This document shows, one piece after another, positions 47,870-56,325 of a DNA stretch of 64,000 bases (the stretch's first letter is position 1; the number at the start of each line of letters is the position of its first letter). The notes beneath the pieces were generated by a model, which saw only the letters and a program-made list of their open reading frames with translations, did no database searches and was not told the origin of the DNA. This DNA comes from an uncultured Prevotellaceae bacterium (GTDB taxonomy: Bacteria; Bacteroidota; Bacteroidia; Bacteroidales; Muribaculaceae). Both the position numbers and the translations under genes were made by a program. The stretch lies in contig OMUK01000101.1 in the NCBI GenBank assembly GCA_900314215.1, forward strand, positions 9,830 through 73,829, read 5' to 3'.

Positions 47870-49909
47870 ATGAAAAAATTCTACACCCTACTGGCTCTCG
47901 TTGCCATCGCAACGGCATCGTGGGCCCAGAGTGCAATGTTCGACTTTGCCCACAACGGCGTAGCCCTGCTGGGCCTTGCCGGCACCTCGTCGAGCACCAG
48001 CACCGATGGCGACATCACTGCCGACAAGACTGCGACCGTCGACGGCGTCACCTTCACAGTGAGCGCCAGCACCACCAACACCGCCAACCGCCTCTACAGC
48101 GACTACAACGGCAACGTGCAGTTGCGCGTCTACGGCGGCACCGTCACCATCGCAGCCCCCACGGGCAAGAGCGTGACCGGCGTCACCTTCTACAACAGCC
48201 GCTGGAGTGAGCCCACTCCCAGCACAGGCTCCTTCTCGAGCAACAACTGGCTGGGCAGCGCCAGCTCGGTCGTGTTTACCGCCAATGGCCAAATGCGCCT
48301 CGACTCGGTGCGCGTGGCATATAGCGATGGCGGCACCACGCCCGACACCACCGACACCACAGGCACCAAGCTCAACACCTTCAAGATGCTGCGCGACACC
48401 ATCGCCGACGGCACCGAGTTCACCTTTACCGGCAACGCCATGGTGTGCTACCAGTGGGGCCGCTACCTGTATCTGCGCTGCTATGACCCCACCGACGGCT
48501 ATGGCTACAGCGCACTGGTATATGGCAACGTGGGCAACACCTACAAGCAGGGCGACTACATCCCCGCCGGCTGGAAGGGCACCAAGACCATGTATCACGG
48601 CATGTGCGAGATCACCAAGCCCACCGGCTTCAACGCCTCGACCCTGCAGGCCGACAGCGCCGACTGGGGCCCCATGGACATGAGCGGCTACCTGGGCTTC
48701 TTTGTGGATGCACCACAGGGCTATGAGGCCGACTACGACCTCTTCCAGAACGTGACGCTGAGCAGCGTCGACAGCACGGGCAACTTCGCCATCACCGAGG
48801 TGGGCCTCAACGCCCAGCAAGAGGAAGGCACCTACACCATGCCGGCCTGCAACCGCTTTGGCATCGACCTGCCTACCGACACCACCCAGCACTACACGGT
48901 GGAGGGCGTGCTCAACATCTACAACAACAAGGCCGAGTTCCTGCCCACCAAGGTCTATGCCTACGACTGGTCGACCCGCCTGTGGAAAGTGTGGTACCAG
49001 GGCGAGGACAGCACCGCCTACCAGATTGCCGACACCCTCTATGTGATACCCACCCCTGCCGCTATTGAGCCCGAGGCCGGCAGCAAGAACCTGGTGTATG
49101 TGACCGACAACGCCACGAGCGTGCTCATCGACTTCTATGCCGACTGGGGCTACACCTGGTGGCAAGACTGGGATCCCGACTTCATCGCCATCGACTGCGG
49201 CGACAACACCGACCTCTACAAGAAGCTGAGCGCCATGAAGGCCATCGCTCCGCGCACCGTCGAGGGCACCCTCTACAACAACTACACCAACCCGCGCCTT
49301 GTGCTCAGCAAGACTCCCGAGGCCCTTGCCGGCGTCGACATGCCCGAAATCGCCTATAGCGAGTTCACCCTCGCCGCTCCCGACACGCTCAGCGCCAACG
49401 GCAACCAGGTGGCTTGGGTCGACGGCATCTACAAGAGAGACAGCCTGGGCAACGAGTATCTCATGGGCTACAACCAAGACGGCAGCCTCTTCCAGCAAGT
49501 GAAGCTCGACCGCCGCTATCTGGCCATGACCATTGCCTTCAACGAGGGCGATGAATACAGCATGCGCGTGGTCTTCAAGCAGCTCGAGCCCTGGGAGGAT
49601 GCCGACGACGATGACAGCACCGAGGCCAACCTGACTCCACGCCAGCGTGCAGCCCGCCCTGTGATGCCTGCCCGCGTGCCCAGCAAGATGAAGACCAACG
49701 ACCCGCACTGGTACAACAACTACATCGCGTGCCCGCTTGAGTTCAGAGAACTCACTGGCGTCAACACCGTGAGCACAGCCAAGACGGTGAAGAGCGTGCG
49801 CTACTACAACATCGCCGGCATCGAGAGCAACCAGCCTCTCGACGGCGTCAACATTGTGGTCACCACCTACACCGACGGCACCACCGCCACCAGCAAGCTC
49901 ATGAAGTAA
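47870..49909 (+). CDS. Secreted T9SS-type protein with probable OB-fold modules
   Basis: Start MKKFYTL at 47870 (-7 box TAATTTTG at 47823); GNAMVCYQ.GRYLY...YKQGDYIPAGWKG and YTVEGVLNIYNNKAEFLP resemble extracellular OB-folds; CTD TGVNTV...YYNIAG...ATSKLMK. Confidence 0.8.
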   Translation: MKKFYTLLALVAIATASWAQSAMFDFAHNGVALLGLAGTSSSTSTDGDITADKTATVDGVTFTVSASTTNTANRLYSDYNGNVQLRVYGGTVTIAAPTGKSVTGVTFYNSRWSEPTPSTGSFSSNNWLGSASSVVFTANGQMRLDSVRVAYSDGGTTPDTTDTTGTKLNTFKMLRDTIADGTEFTFTGNAMVCYQWGRYLYLRCYDPTDGYGYSALVYGNVGNTYKQGDYIPAGWKGTKTMYHGMCEITKPTGFNASTLQADSADWGPMDMSGYLGFFVDAPQGYEADYDLFQNVTLSSVDSTGNFAITEVGLNAQQEEGTYTMPACNRFGIDLPTDTTQHYTVEGVLNIYNNKAEFLPTKVYAYDWSTRLWKVWYQGEDSTAYQIADTLYVIPTPAAIEPEAGSKNLVYVTDNATSVLIDFYADWGYTWWQDWDPDFIAIDCGDNTDLYKKLSAMKAIAPRTVEGTLYNNYTNPRLVLSKTPEALAGVDMPEIAYSEFTLAAPDTLSANGNQVAWVDGIYKRDSLGNEYLMGYNQDGSLFQQVKLDRRYLAMTIAFNEGDEYSMRVVFKQLEPWEDADDDDSTEANLTPRQRAARPVMPARVPSKMKTNDPHWYNNYIACPLEFRELTGVNTVSTAKTVKSVRYYNIAGIESNQPLDGVNIVVTTYTDGTTATSKLMK

Positions 49910-49936
49910 ACCAAGAGATTCAACCTCTATAAACAC

Positions 49937-49974
49937 AATGGCAGCCCGGCAATGCCGCGGCTGCCATTTTTTTT
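49937..49974. terminator. TGGCAGCC-type bidirectional terminator
   Basis: AATGGCAGCC / GGCTGCCATT plus T8. Confidence 0.8.
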
Positions 49975-50059
49975 CTTCATTCAAAACAGCTGCACAAGGG
50001 GCAGTGTAAAAAAAATGTAGCAGTTGCACTTGGTGGAAATGAAGGATTGCGTGCTGCGA

Positions 50060-51626
50060 TTAGCGGCCACCACCGCCGCCGCCATAGCTTGAGCTGTCGG
50101 CGCTGTTGCTGGAGCACGACGTGATGGTTGCCGACAGATAATACAAGTAGTAGGCGTTTCTGCACTGCAGGTCGTCGATATCATGGGCCAGGCTCGACAG
50201 CTCGAGCAGCTCGGGGCACGTGGTCTTGAGGGCTTTGCTCAATTTCCTCGTGAAGCCAAAGAGGCAGGCGTAGACGAGCAAGTCATCGTCCCAGCTGCCG
50301 GCATCGGCCATGCGCCAGCCGTCGGTCTTGCCCAGGTCGGCAAGATAGTTGCGCAGCCCTAGCAAGTGGCACGTGTCCTCATCGCTCAATTTCGCCTCGC
50401 AGCTGTCCACGCCGAGCGCCTTGTCAAAGTTTGCCAGTTCCTCTTCATGCTGCTCGGCCCAAGCCTCAAATTTTGACGATGTCAACACCCCGTCGTCGGC
50501 AACAGCGCAAGCCATGATGTGAAGCAGATAGCCACACAGGTAGGCATCGGTGCACGCCTCGTCGGCAGGAATGCAAGTGCTCTCAGCAGTGACTTTCAAC
50601 GCCTTCTTGGTTTTTCCACGCTTGTCGGGCTGGGTTAGGTCGGCAATGGCCAACTTCTTCTGGCCGAGCAGGCGCAATATCATGGCCCCAATCAGGTTTT
50701 CCTTGTCGTACCATCCATATTCATTCAGCGCCCTGGCGGCTTTCAAGAGGCTCCAGGAGCTTGACACCTGCTTGAAATAGGGCAACTCCCTGGCCTTGCG
50801 TCGCTTGCGGTGCGCCTTCACACCCAGCACTGTGAACCATGCCAAAAGTGCCGCACCGGCACATCCCACTACAATCCACACGGCAAGAGGAGCAGGCTCG
50901 CCCTCGGAGCCACCCCCGAAGTCGCTGCCCTTGAAGGCCTTCTCTTTCAGCTGTGAAAAAGTGCCGTTGCCCTTGAGAGCGGGTGAAAGCACACCCTTGC
51001 CGAGCGACATCAGGAGCCCTATTTTGCCGATTTCGCCCGTTGAGCTGGCCCGCACGATGCCGCCAGCCAGCCGCGCAGTGCCCCGGTAGCCGAATCCCCA
51101 CACCTGGCAATTAGTGGCCGAGAGCGCCACAGGGGCAGTGACAGTGAGCCTGAAGGACTTGATGGGGTCGCCGTCGTTGAGGTCGGCAAACCAGTAGCCA
51201 AACCCGTCCTTGTCGGGATAGGACTGTACAAAGCCCGAGATGTCGTAGCCGACGGTATAGACGTGGCGCCCCAGCGTGGGCACTCCCCAGCATATCTCGT
51301 AGCCGCCTTCCCGAGCGCAAGCCGCACTTCCCCGCCTTCTCCTCCTTGCTCATGTCAACGTCCCAGTCTCCGTCGAGGGTCGTGAGCCGTGCGCCATTGT
51401 CGATGACCTTGAGATTGGAAATCACCCGGTCGCCCATGTTGTAGTGGGCAACATACCACTCGCTCTCCACATCGTCGCCCATGTCGATATTCCACGCCTC
51501 GTGCACGTGGTCATCACCGTCGTGCTTCAGGGTCACAGCAATGTCGAGCTGGCGCACCACACTCTGCGGCATTGCCGGCAGGGAGAGCAGCAGGAAGATG
51601 AGCAACACTATCGTTTTGTAGCGCAT
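50060..51626 (-). pseudogene. DUF2207-type membrane protein split by a 1-nt frameshift near 51310
   Basis: N-terminal frame (signal peptide...KEEKAGKCGLRS) continues in a second frame (EGGYEICWGVPTLGRHVYTVGYD...TM...LVYACLFG...GGGGGR); one extra G in TCGGGAAGG. Confidence 0.75.
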
Positions 51627-51886
51627 AAGCAGGGAGAATTAGATTATTGTCAATTTATGGCATCGCGCCGCGGCTTGCCATAGCGCAGCGATGCCTATAT
51701 GCAAATTTAAAATAAGATTCTGTTTCCGGCCCAATGGGCAATTGCCCGTGAGATGATTTTTACCAAAATGTTACAACCATAGAGACACATGCGCTTTGTT
51801 AAATGAAGTTAGAGTGACTTTTTTCGCCAAGGGCCCAGTGTATGGGGGCATGATGCAGAGCTTCGCCAAGAATATATACACACACA

Positions 51887-51917
51887 AATGGCAACCCGGC
51901 ATCCCCGAGCTGCCATT
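51887..51917. repeat. Orphan copy of the TGGCAGCC-type hairpin
   Basis: AATGGCAACCCGGCATCCCCGAGCTGCCATT closely resembles 49937-49968, but no gene ends here. Confidence 0.55.
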
Positions 51918-52132
51918 CTTCTTCGTCACTTTATTAGATACCAATTGGTATTCAATATGTTATAAGCCTTAACAGATGGTTTGGTGTGGCTCATTGGCGA
52001 GGTCACCGCCATGGTTTGAGTGTCTGTCGTCTTTTTTTATTAATTTTGTAACAAGATGACCAAAGAACTGCGCAAAAAAGCTTTTGCCGGCCGAGAGCCA
52101 TCCTACAGCATACAAGCGAAAAATTACATATT

Positions 52133-52531
52133 ATGAAAAAAGATTACAGCAAACGCATTACCCCCGACTACATCACCTCGCTCGAGCCCAACGAAATCTT
52201 TGTGTTTGGCAGCAACCTTGCTGGCATGCACGGCGGCGGCGCGGCACGCACGGCTCGCCTATACTTCGGCGCAGTGCTTGGCAATGGCGACGGCCCGCAG
52301 GGGCAGAGCTATGCCATACCCACCATGCAGGGCGGTGTCGACACCATCAAGCCCTATGTCGACAAATTCATCGCCTATGCCAAGGCCCACCCCGAGCTCA
52401 CGTTTCTCGTCACGCCCATAGGCTGCGGCATAGCCGGATTCTCGCCCAGCGACATTGCACCCCTGTTCAGCAAAGCCGCCAGCGTAGACAACGTCCATCT
52501 CCCGCAATGTTTCTGGGATATACTCGACTAA
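52133..52531 (+). CDS. A1S_2505-family macrodomain-like protein
   Basis: EIFVFGSNLAGMHGGGAA, GPQGQSYAIPT, FLVTPIGCGIAG. Confidence 0.8.
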   Translation: MKKDYSKRITPDYITSLEPNEIFVFGSNLAGMHGGGAARTARLYFGAVLGNGDGPQGQSYAIPTMQGGVDTIKPYVDKFIAYAKAHPELTFLVTPIGCGIAGFSPSDIAPLFSKAASVDNVHLPQCFWDILD

Positions 52532-52554
52532 ACCCACATTCTTTTCGCACCGAC

Positions 52555-52911
52555 ATGAATATAGAAGAAGTTAGAGAATATGCCTTGGCCTTGCCAGGTA
52601 CGACCGAAGACCAAGCCTATGGCGACGACTGGGTGCTGTTCCGCATCGAGGGGAAGATATTTCTTCACATCTGGCTCAATGCCCCAGCCCCCTCTTGCGC
52701 CTTGAAGCTCCCGCCCGAGCAAGGCCAAACGCTCAGAGAGCACTATGAGGGAATACGCCCCGCCTATCACCTGAACAAGGTGCACTGGAACGACATCATG
52801 CTCGACAAGATCGACGACGAGATGGTAAAGGGCCTCATCGACCAGTCCTATCGGCTTGTTGCCAGCAAGCTACCCAAGCGATTGAGAGTGAAATATATAA
52901 CCAAACGATGA
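52555..52911 (+). CDS. MmcQ/YjbR-family DNA-binding protein
   Basis: MNIEEVREYAL.LP, FRIEGKIF, LKLPPE, IRPAYHLNKVHWN, LIDQSYRLV. Confidence 0.9.
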   Translation: MNIEEVREYALALPGTTEDQAYGDDWVLFRIEGKIFLHIWLNAPAPSCALKLPPEQGQTLREHYEGIRPAYHLNKVHWNDIMLDKIDDEMVKGLIDQSYRLVASKLPKRLRVKYITKR

Positions 52912-52965
52912 ATATAGACATTGGTTTTCCAGTGGTACTAGATGATGCCCATGTGGGCAAAAACC

Positions 52966-52997
52966 AAAGAAGCCAAGTGAAATCACTTGGCTTCTTT
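52966..52997. terminator. Bidirectional terminator between mmcQ and the tRNA
   Basis: AAAGAAGCCAAGTG-AAAT-CACTTGGCTTCTTT. Confidence 0.85.
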
Positions 52998-53001
52998 AAA
53001 T

Positions 53002-53079
53002 TGGTAGGGACGATCGGGTTCGAACCGATGACCTCTGCAATGTGACTGCAGCGCTCTGAACCAGCTGGGCTACGCCCCT
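53002..53079 (-). tRNA. tRNA-Val(CAC)
   Basis: Cloverleaf: acceptor AGGGGCG/CGTCCCT, anticodon arm CTGCA-GTCACAT-TGCAG, T arm ATCGG-TTCGAAC-CCGAT, encoded CCA; -7 box TAATTTTG at 53102-53109. Confidence 0.93.
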
Positions 53080-53373
53080 ATCTTCTTGCGGTTAGCGAGT
53101 GCAAAATTACACAATTAAATTGAATTTGCCACACTTTTTTCAATTTTTTTTGAAAATTCTTTCTTGCAAATGCGCTATCAATTGTGTATCAACCCAATAC
53201 ACGACAGCCCGCAGCAAGCCCTCGCCCACCTCGCCACGGGTGGCCACCAGGGTTTCACGCCTATGCGCTACCACCACCGTGGTTCAGCCCGCCTGCAGGT
53301 GCTGGTCTTGTGCCGGCCCTCGACAATGTTACATCATATTTCATTGATTATTAAGAGGATAAAACCGTGCTTG

Positions 53374-53399
53374 TGGGCCGACACAAGATCGGCCCCTAC
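53374..53399 (-). repeat. REP-B palindrome
   Basis: GTAG-GGGCCGA-TCTTGTG-TCGGCCC on the minus strand; a degenerate REP-A lies at about 53479-53499. Confidence 0.8.
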
Positions 53400-53593
53400 A
53401 GGTTCGTAATTGTGCCTTGTTGCGCATTGTGGCAATGTCAACGCCGGGCAACAATCGACCTGATTGCCTGCCACTGCCGACGGGCCCTAGTGGCCGTCCA
53501 CATCCCCTGCGCCATTATGGAGACATGCGGTGCAGTGTGTGAAATGCAACGGGCTGGTACTGCTTGAATAGCGGTGCCAGCCCGGTAAGGGGA

Positions 53594-54088
53594 TTAGGGT
53601 TGCAGGAGGAGGGAGCGCAACAAGGTTGAGACCACGCCGCCCAGGGTGTCGCCCACTTTCTTCTGCATGGCAGCCACCATGGCTTGGCCTATCTCGGCCT
53701 CGTCGCTCACAAAGGTGTGGCCCAGCAGGCCCACAGCCACGCGGCGCTCCTTGCCGTCCTCGAGGCGCAGGGTGCCGGTGGTCCACAGCAGGTAGTCGTG
53801 ATAGGTGTAGTTGCTGTCGAGATAGCTCTTCATCGCGTCGTTGCCAGCCCACTTGGCGCCCTCGCTCATGATGTTGCCAAAGACGGGCAAGCTGTCGAGT
53901 CCCAGACTGTCGACCCGGTTGCTCACATAGGAGCGTGCGGCATCATTCACAGCCTCGAGCTGCTGGGCGCGGCTGGGGCGCGAGAGGCACAGCGTGGCCA
54001 GCACGATGAGGCAACACAGCAGGCCTACGAGCCAGCCCAGGCGGCGCTGTGGCCGCTTGGGGGCAACGGGATTATTGGCCATTTCCAT
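53594..54088 (-). CDS. DUF4359-like membrane-anchored protein
   Basis: TM anchor, PSRAQQLEA, YHDYLLWTTG, VAVGLLGHTF; paralog of the C-terminal part of 54072-55097. Confidence 0.7.
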   Translation of the reverse strand: MEMANNPVAPKRPQRRLGWLVGLLCCLIVLATLCLSRPSRAQQLEAVNDAARSYVSNRVDSLGLDSLPVFGNIMSEGAKWAGNDAMKSYLDSNYTYHDYLLWTTGTLRLEDGKERRVAVGLLGHTFVSDEAEIGQAMVAAMQKKVGDTLGGVVSTLLRSLLLQP

Positions 54089-55097
54089 TCCCTATGTATT
54101 TTTTGATTTCGTCTTCCAACTCGTCGAGCAGGCTCTCGCCGGCCTTGCGTGCCTGCTTCACGGCCTCGTCGGTGGCATGGTCGATGGCGGCATTGGTTGC
54201 CGAGTCCACTTTCTCGCCCAGGCCGGTGGTGTCGACTCTCGACACGACCTTGCCCACGGCCTCCTTGGCAGCGTCGACGGCCTCTTGCAGCACAGCCGAG
54301 TTATCGCCGCTGCCATCGTCGGTGGGCTGGGCGCGGTGCTCCTCGGCATACTTTTTCACAGCGTCGGCCAAATCCTCCTTGTCGAAGGTGAACACGTGGC
54401 CCAAGATGCCCACGCTCACGGTCTTCTCGCGGCCATTGTAGGTGAACTTGCCCACATTCCACAAGAAGTAGTCGTGGAGCTCAAAGTGCTGCTCGATGGC
54501 AGTGTTGATGAAGGTGTTCATCAGGCTCTTGGCGCCGTCGGCTATGCCGGGCAGGCCGCCAATGAGGCTGCTGTCGACACTCTCGCTCAGGTAGTCGTAG
54601 CAGGCAGCGTCGATGGCCTCTAGGTGGGAGTCGCGGCTGGGCTTGGTGCACACCAGCAGGGCAATCACAGCCAGCACGCATAGCACCACCACCCAGGTCA
54701 GGTTGCGCTTCTTGGGCTTCTCGGGCTGAGTGGTGCCGGTGGCCGGCCGGTTGTAGCCATAGCCTGGGGCTTGCTGCCGATAGGCGTTGTCATATTGTTG
54801 CTCTCCAGCGTAGCCAGCAGGCTGCTGCGACTCAGGCTTGCTCTCGTCGCCATAGAGTGGCGGTGGCACAGTCTCGCCAATGGGTGCTTGCCCGGTGCCG
54901 GCAGCCGGCGCGTCGCCAGGCATGCTGGGCACATCGCTGTCGATAGCGGCAGCCAACTCGGGCACACGCGATGCCTCGATCCACTCGGGCATACCCTTGG
55001 TCCACACCAGGGTGTCGGGGCTCAACCGCTGGCGCATGAGCTCCTCAACCTCGTAGGGGCCCTGGCGCGTTCCGTCTTTCACAATGTAGAATCTCAT
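54072..55097 (-). CDS. GYF_2 (DUF4339) domain plus DUF4359-like domain membrane protein
   Basis: FYIVKDGTRQGPY...TLVWTKGMPEW.EA..VPEL, Pro/Gln linker, TM, LHDYFLWNVG.FTYNG.EKTVSVGILGHVF. Confidence 0.8.
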   Translation of the reverse strand: MRFYIVKDGTRQGPYEVEELMRQRLSPDTLVWTKGMPEWIEASRVPELAAAIDSDVPSMPGDAPAAGTGQAPIGETVPPPLYGDESKPESQQPAGYAGEQQYDNAYRQQAPGYGYNRPATGTTQPEKPKKRNLTWVVVLCVLAVIALLVCTKPSRDSHLEAIDAACYDYLSESVDSSLIGGLPGIADGAKSLMNTFINTAIEQHFELHDYFLWNVGKFTYNGREKTVSVGILGHVFTFDKEDLADAVKKYAEEHRAQPTDDGSGDNSAVLQEAVDAAKEAVGKVVSRVDTTGLGEKVDSATNAAIDHATDEAVKQARKAGESLLDELEDEIKKYIGNGNGQ

Positions 55098-55299
55098 AGT
55101 CGTATTATCCTAAATATTAAAGTGATGACTCACGATACACGTCGTTTTGACGCATTTCGGCGCCAAAAGTAAAAAGTAAAAAGATAAAAAGCAACACTTT
55201 CCCATCATTTTTTCTTCGGCGGGCACGGCAGGTGTGTATTTGCACTGTGTCGCGCTGTGGGTGTCAATGCTGAAAAACAATCGATATTATTCCCTGCAA

Positions 55300-55475
55300 C
55301 CGGACGGCCATAAAGGCCGCACCCTGCCATGTGCCTTCACCTACCCAAACACCCATTCGCGACACCGGACGGCCATAAAGGCCGCACCCTGCCACGTGCA
55401 CTCACCCACCCAAACACCCATTCGCGACACCGGACGGCCATAAAGGCCGCACCCTGCCACGTGCACTCACCCACC
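55300..55475. repeat. 65-bp tandem array carrying three REP-A copies
   Basis: CGGACGGCCATAAAGGCCGCACCCTGCCA with period 65 (55302, 55367, 55432) and near-identical linkers. Confidence 0.9.
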
Positions 55476-55608
55476 TGTGAACAATTTGGAGTGAGGCATT
55501 GGCGCCGTCGGTAAAAGCAAGGAAGCCACACGGGAGCTGCAGTGGCCCATGTGGCTTGATGTGTGGCATGAGGCGGCCGCCCGTGGCTTGCGCCGGGGTG
55601 GCGAGAGG

Positions 55609-56325
55609 CTACTTCTGGATGAAATCCTGGAAGGCCTGCTTATAGCTGTCGCCTATGGGGATGTAGACGTCGCCAAAGACGATGCGGTTGCGGTCGATCT
55701 CGCGTATCTTGCTCTTCTGCACGATAAAGGAGCGGTGCACCCTGATGAAGCGCGAGGCGGGCAACATCTGCTCCATGCCTTTCATGTTCATGAGCGACAA
55801 GATGGGGTGCGGCGAGTCCTCGGTGTAGATTTTCACATAGTCCTTGAGGCCCTCGATATATTTGATCTTGTCGAGGTCGATTTGCAGCAGCTTGTACTCG
55901 CTCTTCACAAAGATGCTCTTCATCTCCTGCTCCTGCTTGGGAGCCGCAGCCTCGCTGGGGTGGGTGAGCTTGAACCACTGCAGGGCCTTGCTGCAGGCCT
56001 CGAGGAAGTTCACATAGGAGATGGGCTTGGTGAGGTAGTCGAGCGCGTTGAGGCGGTAGCTGTCGACCGCATATTGCTGGAAGGCAGTGGTGAAGACGAT
56101 GCGGGTGGTCTCGGGCAGCATCTTGGAGAGCTCGAGGCCGTTGAGGTCGGGCATCTGGATGTCGAGAAAAACCACGTCGACGGGGTGCTCACTCAGGCCC
56201 TTCATCGCGTCGATTGCGTTGGAATACTTGCCAGCCAGTTCCATAAAGGGGATCTTGGCCACATAGCTCACCAGCAGTTCTACTGCCAGGGGCTCATCAT
56301 CAACTATTGCGCACTTGAGTGTCAT
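55609..56325 (-). CDS. LytTR-family response regulator
   Basis: IVDDEPLA, FLDIQMP, FTTAF, DYLTKP, EGLKDYVKI, FIRVHRSFIV. Confidence 0.95.
   Translation of the reverse strand: MTLKCAIVDDEPLAVELLVSYVAKIPFMELAGKYSNAIDAMKGLSEHPVDVVFLDIQMPDLNGLELSKMLPETTRIVFTTAFQQYAVDSYRLNALDYLTKPISYVNFLEACSKALQWFKLTHPSEAAAPKQEQEMKSIFVKSEYKLLQIDLDKIKYIEGLKDYVKIYTEDSPHPILSLMNMKGMEQMLPASRFIRVHRSFIVQKSKIREIDRNRIVFGDVYIPIGDSYKQAFQDFIQK

Noticed and set aside
52084-52911. 275-aa ORF as a single protein
   Set aside because: The first part overlaps the macro-like gene in another frame; only 52555-52911 (MmcQ/YjbR) has family motifs and a proper ATG
50000-53002. Intact integrative element at tRNA-Val
   Set aside because: No integrase, and no duplicated tRNA 3' end (att) found by eye in the window
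55300-55475. Possible CRISPR array
   Set aside because: The inter-repeat segments are near-identical rather than unique spacers, the repeat belongs to the dispersed REP family, and there are no cas genes
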